DNA of 39,870 nt. It comes from Trichoplax sp. H2 (Eukaryota). The position numbers and the translations under genes were made by a program. The notes under the pieces are model-generated. The model worked only from the letters and a program-made list of their open reading frames with translations. It did not search any database and was not told where the DNA came from. This document shows positions 1 to 11,996 of the stretch, in pieces (position 1 is the stretch's first letter; every line of letters begins with the position of its first letter). The stretch spans positions 34,131 to 74,000 of the forward strand of contig NOWV01000181.1 of the NCBI GenBank assembly GCA_003344405.1. The letters are read 5' to 3'.

Positions 1-370
1 GACATATCGTAATCTGACTATTCTGTATTAGTCATTACATGTCTATGTTCGTAAATACTGTTGTCTGCATTAAGGGAGCAGTAGCTAAAATTAATATCTA
101 ATTCAGTAAATGATTCTAATGTTAATTGTATTAACTATGACTCATGAACTATTGAGGAATAGTATATAAATGCAGTATATCGTGAAATAAAGAAGAATTG
201 TCCAACTTAGTGTTTAACGTAAAATACGAGGCGTTTAAGTCTTTGTGTAGTCTGCTAGTAGAGCAAAAGTGTTTGTGATAGTGCAGATATCGTTCCTTGA
301 TACGTGGTTCAAGGAATTGACTTATTGATCGTATATTGCGTTATCTTGTTGCAAAGCTGTTTTGTGACAG
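1..370. repeat. Left arm of a ~370-bp inverted repeat. Its reverse complement matches 8661..9029 at about 95% identity. It may extend beyond the window start.
   Basis: I reverse-complemented 8661..9029 by eye and it aligns base-for-base with 1..370 apart from a few substitutions and small indels (for example gttaattgtattaactatgactcatgaact, ggaggcgtttaagtctt and gttgcaaagctgttttgtgacag). The match diverges after gacag at about 370. Confidence 0.85.
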
Positions 371-1204
371 TCATGCAAATATGCTGAGTAGAATATAACA
401 GATACAATGTGTAGATGATTTACTATCGATCGACGTAAGCACCATTAATCGTATCAAGGAATTACTTGTAATAATGTGATTTAGTAATTATAATGACTGC
501 TGTTCATTCTAGACTATTTTATTTTCTATTAACTCTCCTAAGGGTAAATGTTAACTTATGATTTGGAAACTGAAGTTGTGAATTTCATATTGTAATGAAT
601 ACGTATGTAAAACTGATTTTCATTGCTACTTAAACGATATATTTCAAGTTTATAAAATTTAAGTTATGGTTATAAATTAAAGAGACGAAAAGTAAGAATT
701 TGACTCAAGCGTAACTCTTTATAATTAATTTTATTCAATGTAACAATGAAAATACTCATAAAGCTACTTATTTTTAGTTATTTATCACTAACTTGATAAT
801 CAATTCTTTGTGATACCGTGTTAAGATATTGTATTGTTACTTTATCTAATTTTTAAAATTTTACCTTGAGTTTTAATGAAGTTAGATAAGAACAAACCCT
901 GTACGTTTATTCTATGATTAAAACTGGGAATATTGTACTAGATAAATATAGTCCTTGTAAATATCACTAACGAATGGCAGAGTGCTACATCTTATCCTGT
1001 AAACAATAAGGTTCGTTCTCTACCTTCTACTGTATATATACTGTGGAAAGATGTCGATTTGGAAGTATAACTGTTATACCGGCTGAATATACGCCCATCG
1101 CGGAGCACTCTCACGCCATTGACTTGATGAATTGGAAATAGATTGGTATCGAGTAATCGCCTTGTAATTGAAGAATTTAAGCCTATATTCATTTTGATCG
1201 TATT

Positions 1205-1560
1205 TTCTGCTGGAATAGGAATCTTTTCAAATTGCACCTTTACATAATAAATAATTTATTAGCTTACTTCTAAGAAGAAACAAAATATACATCGATTAAT
1301 GGCCGATCATCGTAGTACCTTCCCCAAATTAAAAATCAGAGGTAATAATATAATCGTCACCCGGAAGTGAAAAATCTTCTAATTAAAGCAGTGTATACCC
1401 TATATGGATGTAGGGGTACAATCATTAATTTACATTCTTATTTCAACTTTGAGATTTACAACGTTATCATTTTCTATCAAATCTTCTAATATTGGGTTCT
1501 CGAGTTTATGTTTCCGTGTAGAAATGACCCATGAATATTTTCATCATTTACGGCATTAAG
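1205..1560. repeat. Dispersed repeat, copy A. Its homolog is at 20520..20900 in the same orientation, at about 75% identity.
   Basis: Shared blocks: ttttcaaatt(g/a)(c/t)accttt, aagaagaaaca(a/g)(a/g)atac(a/g)tcgattaat, tcacccggaagt(g/a)aaa and atcattttc(t/g)atca(a/g)atc. Confidence 0.6.
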
Positions 1561-2859
1561 TTAAAGCACTAGCTGAAGTAAGAATGGATCACTAGAAGAG
1601 ATTACCTTATTTCCTCCAGTCTTCATCGGCTACTTGAATCTTTGATCATAACATATTGCAGTAACTTATAATTGCTCAATATCAGCGCTATATCTACGCG
1701 TCTTAAAATATAAACTATTTTTTTTTTATTGACAATCAACACTAGCATATTAAATTAAAATTATTGCGTGAAATCATCAACAATCACGCGCACCTTAGAA
1801 GAAGAAATTTATTTAGCAGCTGTGTCAGTAATTCTTTTAGGTGCTTTTTTATCTTTATTGTTCCTGATATAATTAAATGATTTTCCCCAGGTTAAAATTA
1901 GTATTAAAAAGAAATTACTCACTGTTGTAAAGCCCAGTTTTAAAAATATTACAAGTGCATAACTATATCATTCTGTGTTTTTTAAACTGACTATGCTTGA
2001 TTAAAGCTAACATCTGTTACTTTGTAGTCTAATTTTATTAGCTCCACCTCTTACTATATAATATAAAATAATTGTGTACGATTTTATTGCCACGGTCCTA
2101 TGTCGTTTCAATCAAGTTGACATGAGTGTTTCTGATTGGCTGAAAAGGGATTACCGTCACTGTAAAAAAAGAACTTTTCAGAATTTACCGCAAAAGCGAA
2201 GAGTGTACAGAAACTTTACTGTTCAATTACGGGGAAATGCCTTTTTAATCTGAATCATCAGTATGATATCCAAGCTACTAACAAGGCGAGTCTTGTTTTT
2301 TATTACAGATCATTATATAAACAGTACAATCCTTGCAATCTCATCTAGATAACTTTCATAACTACTACATTAAGAGTGATTATTATGGTAGGATATTAAT
2401 GTTACAATACCACGGTGAATACCATTACCACATAATGAAAACCCAAAATATCGCAAATTAATCAATTAAATTAATCTATCATTACAGTCACAATTCTGTT
2501 TTGTACTGTGTTACACAATATCCAGTATACTGTACTGTAATATACCTTACATTCTTTATATATTATATATATATAATAATTCTACCCTATCTTGTAACAA
2601 TTTAGAACCTTAAGTTTGCCCAAATTTTGGTTATTTATTAAAAGAATTGTGCTTTACTTCACAATAATTAGCAAAACACACTTATACATATATTCGTACA
2701 GTATAATAATCCTGCTTTTTTTAAAGTTTACGAATATTTTTTATCCTAAATTTTGCAAGGAAAAAATTTATATTGAAGTGTAAAAAATGTTAAAGAAAGT
2801 ACACAGCAAATTATAATAAAAAAAATCGTCGATATAGTACGGAATAAAATAAATGTTTG

Positions 2860-3400
2860 TCTTTCCAGCGAACACTATCTTAACTTCAGTTGTCTATAGA
2901 TTGCATCGTAAGACAAACATACATTTTAAAATCTTGTACTACCTTATCTTTAGTTATCTATTAACTACATTATTAATTAATAACAGTTAGTAGGTAAACA
3001 GTTAATCGACCGAAGATCAATCGATATTGTGCAGTTTAATTGAATACACTTATTATTGGATTTCTCAAAACACATGAAATGTTAAAGCAGGAATTCAGAT
3101 GAAACTAACAACTACGTTCGGTCGAATATTTTATACATTTTAAACAAACGCATGTCATCTTTACGCTAACACTACTATACGTTTAGCCATTTGTAGACCA
3201 TATTATAAAACAACCGTCAGTCTTGACGACTAAGACTATTTTCCATTCAGTCGTTCATAAGTCGTCTGTAAACTTCATTAGAAATAAATGGATATCTTTA
3301 CGGCTAACACTACCTAATCTTCAGTCGCTTATAGACGGCATTATAAAATGAATGCATATCTTTAACGCTAACACTACTTTTAGTACCTGTTATGGAGCCA
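2860..3400. repeat. Degenerate tandem repeats of about 70-150 bp. Recurrent motif: (a)tctttacg(c/g)taacactac(c/t).
   Basis: The motif recurs at about 3146, 3292 and 3358. The related ttaacttcagttgtctatagattgcat at 2880 matches taatcttcagtcgcttatagacggcat at 3316. Confidence 0.55.
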
Positions 3401-5214
3401 AGCTCCAAAATAATAAAGGCCTTGTTAATTAAAATATATAATATAAATTGTTGTTTATACCCCAGTGGTCTAATAAGCGTTAATGAATACATGTTTATTG
3501 ATAAGGTTAATGTCTAAGTAATTGAATACTAATACCTAAGTGTAAGGCGTAATTTATACTGAGCCTTGAGGCTCTAATTGGCACAAATAAATTTATTATT
3601 CTTAATTAGCGTTAACTTATACTGATTTATGTTAACTTCTTCTATCTAAATTCCTACACTAAACAGCGTAACTAGTTATGTCTAAGATACTAACATATGC
3701 ACCATCGGCGGAGGCCGAGACTATATAAATTCGAGCACTAAATTAGCTGTTCAGTTCCTTTTAAAACATTTTTAGATTCACTTAATCATTTTTGCTAGGA
3801 GTTTTCTTAGGATATATCTCAATAAAGTAAATTCTTGAAGCCTATTACCCGTTGGTAGCTTATCTGTGTAGTCGAGAGTTAGTTCAACTACGATAAATCG
3901 CCTAAGTCAGTTGGGGACACGCGTAGTCGTGACAACAGCGTTTAAGACCTCTTCGAAAAGGCAATTCGTAACAGTGCCATACCTTTACATCCTGTTACGA
4001 ATTATAAAATACGAAATAATTGACAAGTAAAGTATGAAAAATGGCTAGATAATAAATCAACTGATAATTAACATTATACAAGAACCAAAAAATCTCTTCT
4101 TGAGCTGAATTTCGGACATTAGCCACAATTTTATCATAAAAATAAAGCTACGGGTAGGGCAACAAAATCTGTATTGCTCGCTTTATACAACATGTAAATC
4201 ACACTAAGAATAATTGCATATTTTATAACTGCTCTCTGGTGATTTGATTAGTCAAAAAAGTTCTTTATATCTATAGCGGAACTTCAAAATCGAGGACGAA
4301 CAACAACACTCGACGGCGCTCTATTAGCACGATACTTAAATTGTTTACAACATACAGATTATAAAATAAGATGAAGTAAACTTGCAAAACTAAGTAAGCC
4401 TTTTCAAATCTAAGAATCTTCTTCTACTCACTATGTTAACAATAGTATATTTTTGAAAGAGCTTCACTACTGTTAGTCAATTGCATAAAAATGATCAAAT
4501 TTATAGCAATAAGATAAATATTCGGATATTCATATTCTGATCGTTGTTAGTATCAATCAACACGATTGGTAATTTATTACCTGTTTTGGGTTTGCGACAA
4601 TGGGACTTTTGGCGAAAATATTTCCAATGCGTTAATAATTTAATAATCAATCGGGATGGAACAATGGAATATTAATATATATTAGAAATTTCTTGTTTTA
4701 TTCATTATAAGTAATTTCAATAATGGTCTATAATTGGAGGGAGATCAGCCATTTCTTCCTATAACCGACTTGATAGATCGTATTGTCTTACAATCAATGA
4801 ATTGGTTGTCAATCACGATCAGTTATGAACAAACTTTTATGATTGAAGTGTAGTTCCCACATGATACAACAATTTGCAGAACTTTCAGACGTATTGTTTT
4901 GATTCCATATTTAAGTAAACGTATGAAATCATGTCAAGTATCTGATCCTACGGGAGCGGTATGTAATATCTTTCAAATACAAAAATACACGATTCGAAAA
5001 TTATTAATTCATTAAATCGCTTAAGGCTATAACTTAAGGCATATCATGATAGTCTGTTCATATCAGCTGGACTGTTGGTGCGTTGACGCTGTAACGTTTA
5101 GTAAATGCAAGCATCCGTTTCCGTGTACCATCCTTTTATTTGGCAAATAGTCATCAGTAAAGCAGTAATTAAAAAAATTACAGATAAAATAGACTCTACA
5201 GTTCAAGGTAGAAA

Positions 5215-5766
5215 TATTGGAATTAATTGACAAGAAGAGCTTGCAGAATTAGCAATCCATCGATAAAACTTTTGAAATTGATTCCTCTTTCTTGATTTAT
5301 TTACCACTAACATCGATATTACGGTATTCATTTATGAAAAATTTAAACATTTTAATAGCAAAAGAGCATAACCCTACCAGAAAAGATCAAAATAGCCAAG
5401 CAATCGTGTGAAAAACTTAAAATTGATTCTATTTTACGATTAATATTGATGATTGATACTGATATTGATAATTCATTAACTGATATTAGACATTGATATT
5501 AATTGGCAAGAAGAGCTTGCAAAGTTAGCTATCCATCGCTGCTGGGACTTTCGAAATTGATTCCTCTTTCCAGATTCCAGCTGTAACTAATATTGATATT
5601 GTGTAAGGTATTCATTTCGTAAATTTGGACACTTTATTACCAAAAGAATATAACCTTACAGGAAAAGAGCGAATATAATCAAACTATCGTATCAAAAACT
5701 TAAAATTTGTTCTATTTGGCGGATAAATATAGACGACTGATACTGATTTTGAGAACCCACTCAGAG
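5215..5766 (+). promoter_or_regulatory. Two tandem copies (about 5215..5490 and 5491..5766) of a ~275-bp conserved upstream module ending 10 bp before the GPCR-1 ATG. Core sequence: TTGACAAGAAGAGCTTGCARAATTAGCAAYCCATCG.
   Basis: aattaattgacaagaagagcttgcagaattagcaatccatcg at 5221 matches tattaattggcaagaagagcttgcaaagttagctatccatcg at 5497. Downstream blocks (gaaattgattcctctttc, ccagaaaag/caggaaaag, aaaacttaaaatt) are also shared. A third copy lies upstream of GPCR-2. Confidence 0.7.
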
Positions 5767-5776
5767 CACAAAGAAT

Positions 5777-6913
5777 TTGATATATAAAATGAACGCTAGC
5801 TTTAATGACTTTATTAACAAGACCCAATCATTTCATAGTAATATTTGGAGCGATATAATTAGACGCACTGAAATCATGCAGCCGGCTTTGACTGTGATGG
5901 CCTGCTTATATATTATGATCATGGTTATAGCTATACCTGGTAATTCATTAATCTTATGGATTACTTTGGCCAACAGGCGCCTGAGGACACCGACAAACTT
6001 AATGGTTTGTAATTTAGCCGTAGCAGGATTGTTGTTAGCAAGCATACAGATACCTTTTAAAATTTTTGATCTTTTAAGCCCAATTCAGTCAAGATATTAC
6101 TATCCGTTTAGCGTTTCTGTATGCAAGATGACTCTAATGATACCTGGAGTATGTGTTACAGCAATATCGTTTACCTTAATGGCTATTTGCGTCGATCGAT
6201 ATCGTGCGATTGTAACTCCGATCAAATTTAAGTTGATAACCCATCCAGTTAAGGTCGCCATTTTTTTGCCATTATGTTGGTTATTTGCTTTCTCGCTTTT
6301 GGCGCCTTATGGTGCTTTTGCAACCATTCACCCATGGTTTGAACAACGCCAAGTTTGTGTTGTAAATTGGATGACTAACCACCATTTGGATATCATCTTC
6401 GTTAAAAATAGAATAGTGTACTTTATACCTTTCTCCAAGATGATCCTCTGGCTATTATTTATTATTCTAGTCTTTCTTGTGCCAACAATCATTATGACAA
6501 TGTTATACAGCATTGCCGCTCGAGTGTTGTGGCGTGAAGGGCTAGAAAAGATGCGAATGATGACTTCGATGAGTCTAGAATCCAGTTCGATTAGCCGTGA
6601 ACGATGTGCTAGCTTAAGTTTGGATGAGCATCGATTAAAAGCTCGAAAACGAACTATTAAAATTTTGATAGCCTGCTTTATCTTGTTTATTGCCAGCAAT
6701 TTACCGTATTATACTTTGCTCACGTTGTTTGAATTTAAATTAATTCAACTTCCAAATTATTTCGTACGTTATGGTCTGATCAATGCATTTGTGCTCTTAA
6801 ATTATACTTGCATTGCTTATAATGCCATTATTTATGGCTACTTTAATTATAACTTTCGGCGTAATGCTCCTCGATGGTTTCATTTGAAGAATTATTGTTC
6901 ACAGTGCAGATGA
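5777..6913 (+). CDS. Intronless rhodopsin-like (class A) orphan GPCR, 378 aa, paralog 1. The true start may be the second Met at 5789.
   Basis: Full-length ORF with seven hydrophobic segments. TM2 reads NLMVCNLAVAGLL and the DRY motif is CVDRYRAIV at the end of TM3. The TM7 motif is NAIIYGY (NPxxY with P replaced by A). N-terminal N-glycosylation sites are present (NAS). The C-terminal tail NYNFRRNAPRW is conserved with paralog 2. Confidence 0.85.
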   Translation: MIYKMNASFNDFINKTQSFHSNIWSDIIRRTEIMQPALTVMACLYIMIMVIAIPGNSLILWITLANRRLRTPTNLMVCNLAVAGLLLASIQIPFKIFDLLSPIQSRYYYPFSVSVCKMTLMIPGVCVTAISFTLMAICVDRYRAIVTPIKFKLITHPVKVAIFLPLCWLFAFSLLAPYGAFATIHPWFEQRQVCVVNWMTNHHLDIIFVKNRIVYFIPFSKMILWLLFIILVFLVPTIIMTMLYSIAARVLWREGLEKMRMMTSMSLESSSISRERCASLSLDEHRLKARKRTIKILIACFILFIASNLPYYTLLTLFEFKLIQLPNYFVRYGLINAFVLLNYTCIAYNAIIYGYFNYNFRRNAPRWFHLKNYCSQCR

Positions 6914-8660
6914 ATTAATGCACAAGAGCCGTGATAGGGATTCTATATTGTGGTAGAATGTCAACAATTTGCGGTTGATCAAAAACTACAGATAACTGAA
7001 AGTATCTAATGCAACTATATTAGATGACTAAAATAAGTAAGAGCTTTTAAATTGGCAGTAATTTGAATTTCCTTACTCTTTATTGATCTTATGTTTTGGT
7101 ATTGAAATTGAAATAGAAAGCTAAATCTTATTATACGATTTCAATGATACTACTCTTTCGAACACCACCGTAACTGTATTATTTAACTAATTGATATCTT
7201 TAATTTGGAGATGGTATGTTGATTCAAATAATTGCGACTTAGTAGTTCGTCGATGATGATGACGAAGTGAAAATAACTTCGAAAATTAACGTAAGAAAGC
7301 GTAATTTGGGAATATTGAATTTAGTCAATTGCTTACAGTTAATCAGTGTTGTATAACGAATGTTAATGACAATACAAAATGTTTTCAGCTCAGTAAAATA
7401 AATTCTCTAGACCTATCTGGAAAATGTCGCTAATTCTACGTGTTTTAATTAAGAGTAGTTTTTGCTTGGTTGGTAAAGTAAAGTTAGCATTTTATATTCA
7501 AAAGAGCAAGAGAAAATCTATGATCATTTGAATAAGTAAGAAATCTGCATACGGTATTAATTCTTAATGTTTAAACTATCGGAAAGATGAAATTATCTAG
7601 TAGGAATAAAAATATCTAATCATTGTATGGAATTCAAAGGAATCTCATTCTTGCATGATAAATTAATGAATTGCTGATAGAATTTCCAAAACTTTTTGGT
7701 GCATGGCTTTTGAATAATGAAGCGATAATTACTTCTTACACGACTTGATCGGTTGTGAGATTCTAGCCAATCTTTCATGGTCGATGGTAGAATGGTTTCG
7801 AAAATGTGACAAACAAATTTTAAATATAACAGATAATTAACTGATTTTGTACTAGGAGTTTATCGACTAAGATACATTTACTCTTGCATTTAAAACTGAT
7901 TCATAATTTAGTTATGAGTGCACTGATAGAATAATCTATGCCGTCTATGCCACTAAACCGTTAACAGACTAAATAGTCTGTAGAGCAACAATATTGATTT
8001 TAGTTTTTGAAGTAGTTTAAATTTTCTAGTTATAAATTTCCATTTGTAATAACAGTATTAAACGATAGCTTAGAGAGATTGGAGATATTAATTAATTAAC
8101 ATTTAATGTAACTTACCAGTAAACTATGCTTAAGAATACTGTTTCTTGTTTTAGTTATTGCTAACGTTAATACTAAATTTTGGCTACTTAAAAACTAATG
8201 AAGTAAATTGTAGATGGTGAAGATTTTCATTTATTATAGCAATAGAAAGAAAATACTGAACGCCAGTTAATAATGTAAATAAGTAAGAAAGCACAAATAA
8301 AATAAATAGGGTTGAATCAAATTGTCATATAGCATTAATAATCGTTATTAGTGCAAATGATTATACGCGTATTTCAATTTAATTTCTTAATTTAATAATT
8401 GTATTTAGATCCTTCTTCAATCATGTTAGCAGGTTTTGCTATATTTGTGCAAATACCTCGAGTGCATTACCAAGTAGGTAATTAATACCGGTATGTAGTA
8501 AAGGAATATTAATTTTGACTGACTGTAGGAATTTCTATGTTTTATGAGCTAACTCTTAACAATTTCAAAAGTAGACTTAAATTTGAGATTACTCGCTTGC
8601 TTACGGTATGTCGGCGATTTGATCATTCAAATTATTTTAATTGATGTACTGCATAAGTTG

Positions 8661-9029
8661 CTGTCACAAAACAGCTTTGCAACAAGATAACGCAATGTAC
8701 GATCAATAAGTCAATTCCTTGAACCACGTATCAAGGAACCATATCTGCACCATCACAAACACTTTTGCTCTACTAGCAGACTACATAAAGACTTAAACGC
8801 CTCGTATTTTACGTTAAACACTAAGTTTGAGAATTCTCTTTATTCCAATATATACTGCATTTATATACTATTCCTCAATAGTTCATGAGTCATAGTTAAT
8901 ACAATTAACCTCGGAATCATTTACTGAATTAGATATTAATTTTAGCTACTGCTCCCTTAATGCAGACAACAGTATTTACGAACATAGACATGTAATGACT
9001 AATACAGAATAGTCAGATTACGATATGTC
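8661..9029. repeat. Right arm of the inverted repeat paired with 1..370.
   Basis: Same alignment as the left arm. The repeat ends at 9029 (gatatgtc), which corresponds exactly to window position 1. Confidence 0.85.
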
Positions 9030-10514
9030 CTATCACGGAACATTTCCATGATAATTTACAATCTGCCATAAGTAAATTACAATCACAATGATTCGATCTG
9101 TAAGTAGATGATTTGCATTCCCTATTATAACTATTAATTTCAGTATGTGTATAAGTGTCACTGTGATAAAAAGTCAGTGCTATATTAAAACACAGTATAT
9201 CCAAATCAGAAGTTAACTAAATAAGGATAGTCTAATAGAATTATCCTAACATAGATATTTCTACTGTAATACAGTATTTAACACTATAACAGTTGCCAAT
9301 TAAGATCAGGTGCGAACAGCTTTGTAATTAACTTGTGAAATACAACGATAGACAACGCTGAGATTATGCATTGAATAGGCTATATTGTGATAAACTATTT
9401 TTCTCAAAAATAGTAAATGAATTATAGTTTACTGTTATGATATATACAAATCACGAGATTCCAAATTTTAGAAAAATAAGGGCTTTATTGAATCTTTACA
9501 AAGATTAACTACACACAGCTCTACTTTAGCCGAATACTACTACTAACGACTTCTAGAACGAACTAACAGAATAATCTGAAGTAGCATGCTTTTATACTTT
9601 TCGTAGCATTCGTAGCTACAATCTGTATGGCAACCTTTTACCTTATATTACACATAGTTAAATTATTCTTAGTAAGACTATTCTACTGCGGACCATCATT
9701 AATCCAATATGGATACGACTACAGTACTTACGTAGACATTATTTACACCAGCCAAAGTACAATGAATTAACCATATCCTAATATATGATTTACAGTTCTA
9801 TTTTTACCTAAAGCCTAATTAGTAACTCAACACCTCACCGTATATAGTCATGTGTACTCTAGCATAGAGTCTATACCACTACAGTCTATAGTTATAGCTA
9901 CCAAATATCTGTTAGGATAAATATCTACCGTATATTAAACTTGGCTAACAGTCTACAATCACAATACTAGTTACATTACAACTGTAAACTTGGATTCACA
10001 ACCTATATCTGGTTTATCTTACACTTATTCATATTGTGGCTTCTAATTGAATTATCACAATGTGAATTTTATACTGCTAACGCAAGCTATATATAGTATA
10101 TAACATTAAATAAAAATTTTTATGTTTTATTAACGATAAACAACTTGAATAATAGACCTCCATGTAAAATCCATCGTTTATTTGCGTTACCTTTCTATTA
10201 AATCTCATTGGTTTAATTGATAAATACGTTGTCAATCACGATAAGGTATGAGCAGCTGGTTTAAATTAACTCCCAAAATATGAATATATGTAATTCAGAG
10301 ATTATAACTCTATAAATGATTTGAAGCTATAAAATAAAGCTAATCACAATTATCTTTTCATATCTGTTTGGCCACGATACATTGTAATTAAAAGTAGAAT
10401 CATACGTTTTCGTACAGTGATTATTTTATTATACAGAAACATATTAAGATAAAGAAGACTCTGTTTTGAAAATTTCGATAGACTGACTCTACGTTTCATA
10501 GCAGAGACATTGGT

Positions 10515-10790
10515 ATAAACTGACAAGAAGAGCTTACAAAATTAGCAACCCATCACGGAAAATTATTGCAATTTATTTCGATTTCTGGACTACTTTTGCG
10601 ACTTATAATTATATCAATATTGTGAACGGCATCCAGTAGCAAATTTAGATATTTTGTTATCAATAAAGTATCGTACCATCTTATCAGAAAAGTGCTAAGG
10701 CCAAAATTAACTAATCGTCTTAAAAGCTTGAAATTTATAAAACTTTATGATCAAGACTCATCGTTAATACCGATATTGAATATCCATTTA
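10515..10790 (+). promoter_or_regulatory. Third copy of the conserved ~275-bp upstream module, located 70 bp upstream of the GPCR-2 ATG.
   Basis: ctgacaagaagagcttacaaaattagcaacccatcacgg at 10520 matches the core at 5228 and 5504. Downstream blocks atcagaaaagtgctaaggccaaaat and cttaaaagcttgaaattt also match the other copies. Confidence 0.65.
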
Positions 10791-10859
10791 GAACACGAAG
10801 ACTCTATAATATTGAAATTATCTATCATTTAGACAAATATCACTAAGTAAATCATCAAA

Positions 10860-11996
10860 ATGAATAACAGCATTAATGACTTCGTGAATAACTCTCAGGC
10901 AATCATAAATAATATATCCGGTTATATTGAAAGAATTGAAGTTATACGAACAGCTTTGACCATAATAGCCGTCATATACGTTACGCTAATACTTATAGGT
11001 ATTCCTGGCAATTTATTAATTATATGGATTACTTTGGCTAACAAGCACTTGCGGATACCGATAAATTTATTGGTTTGTAACTTGGCCCTTGCTGGATTGC
11101 TAATAGCAAGCTTACGAATTCCAATTACAATTTTCGAACTTTTATTCCCCATTCAATTTGCTAATCACTATCCGTTTACTCTTTCAGTCTGCAGATTGTC
11201 TGAAATTGTGCCAGGTGCATGTGTCATAACAATATCTCTTACGTTAATGGCTATTTGTATCGATCGATATCATTCGATTGTACATCCAACAAAGTACAAA
11301 CTGAGAATGAATCCAGTTAAGGCCATTATTTTTTTGATATTATGCTGGTTGTTCGCTTTCTCGTTTTGGATACCATATGCATTTTTTATTAGGATTGGTA
11401 GCTCTACGAGATATCGCTATTGCTACACAATTTGGCCTTCAAGTCCGTTATTGGATGTAAGAATTCCTAATTCCGCTTATGGAAATATCATAATACCATA
11501 CTCAAAAATGATTTATTTGCCACTCTATTTCATTCTGATCTTTCTTATCCCAATTACCATTATGACGACATTATATATCATTACTGCTAAAAAATTGTGG
11601 CATACAAGGCCTGAACATATGTTAACAACAGCGCTTAATAGTACAAAACCCAATGCGACTACTAGTAAACGATCCGATAACATATCTCAGGATGGACATC
11701 GACTTCATGCTCGAAAACGGATCGTTAGAATTTTCATAGCTTGCTTTATCTTATTTATTTTCAGCAATCTGCCATATTACATGATCACAATCTTAATTCA
11801 ATTTGGATTAATTCCAGTTTGGAGTGGTAACAGTGAATTTGTACTGTATAGAGTTTTTATTCTCTTGAATTACTCCTGTGTTGCTTATAATGCCATTATT
11901 TATGGCTACTTTAATTACAACTTTAGACGTAAAGCTCCCCGATGGTTACAGTATAAATGTCCGCAATGTAGATCAGCAAGGCTATCAGCAAAGTAG
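10860..11996 (+). CDS. Intronless rhodopsin-like (class A) orphan GPCR, 378 aa, paralog 2. It is a tandem duplicate of 5777..6913.
   Basis: The two proteins are collinear and highly similar by eye. WITLANKHLRIPINLLVCNLALAGLL aligns with WITLANRRLRTPTNLMVCNLAVAGLL, CIDRYHSIV with CVDRYRAIV, and NAIIYGYFNYNFRRKAPRW is identical in the tail. Both are 378 aa. Confidence 0.85.
   Translation: MNNSINDFVNNSQAIINNISGYIERIEVIRTALTIIAVIYVTLILIGIPGNLLIIWITLANKHLRIPINLLVCNLALAGLLIASLRIPITIFELLFPIQFANHYPFTLSVCRLSEIVPGACVITISLTLMAICIDRYHSIVHPTKYKLRMNPVKAIIFLILCWLFAFSFWIPYAFFIRIGSSTRYRYCYTIWPSSPLLDVRIPNSAYGNIIIPYSKMIYLPLYFILIFLIPITIMTTLYIITAKKLWHTRPEHMLTTALNSTKPNATTSKRSDNISQDGHRLHARKRIVRIFIACFILFIFSNLPYYMITILIQFGLIPVWSGNSEFVLYRVFILLNYSCVAYNAIIYGYFNYNFRRKAPRWLQYKCPQCRSARLSAK

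Noticed and set aside
5833-6699. ORF-track ORFs on the minus strand inside GPCR-1 (5833..6045 and 6328..6699), and 10922..11152 inside GPCR-2.
   Set aside because: They are antisense to well-supported GPCR coding sequence, have no recognisable motifs, and are typical spurious antisense ORFs in AT-rich sequence.
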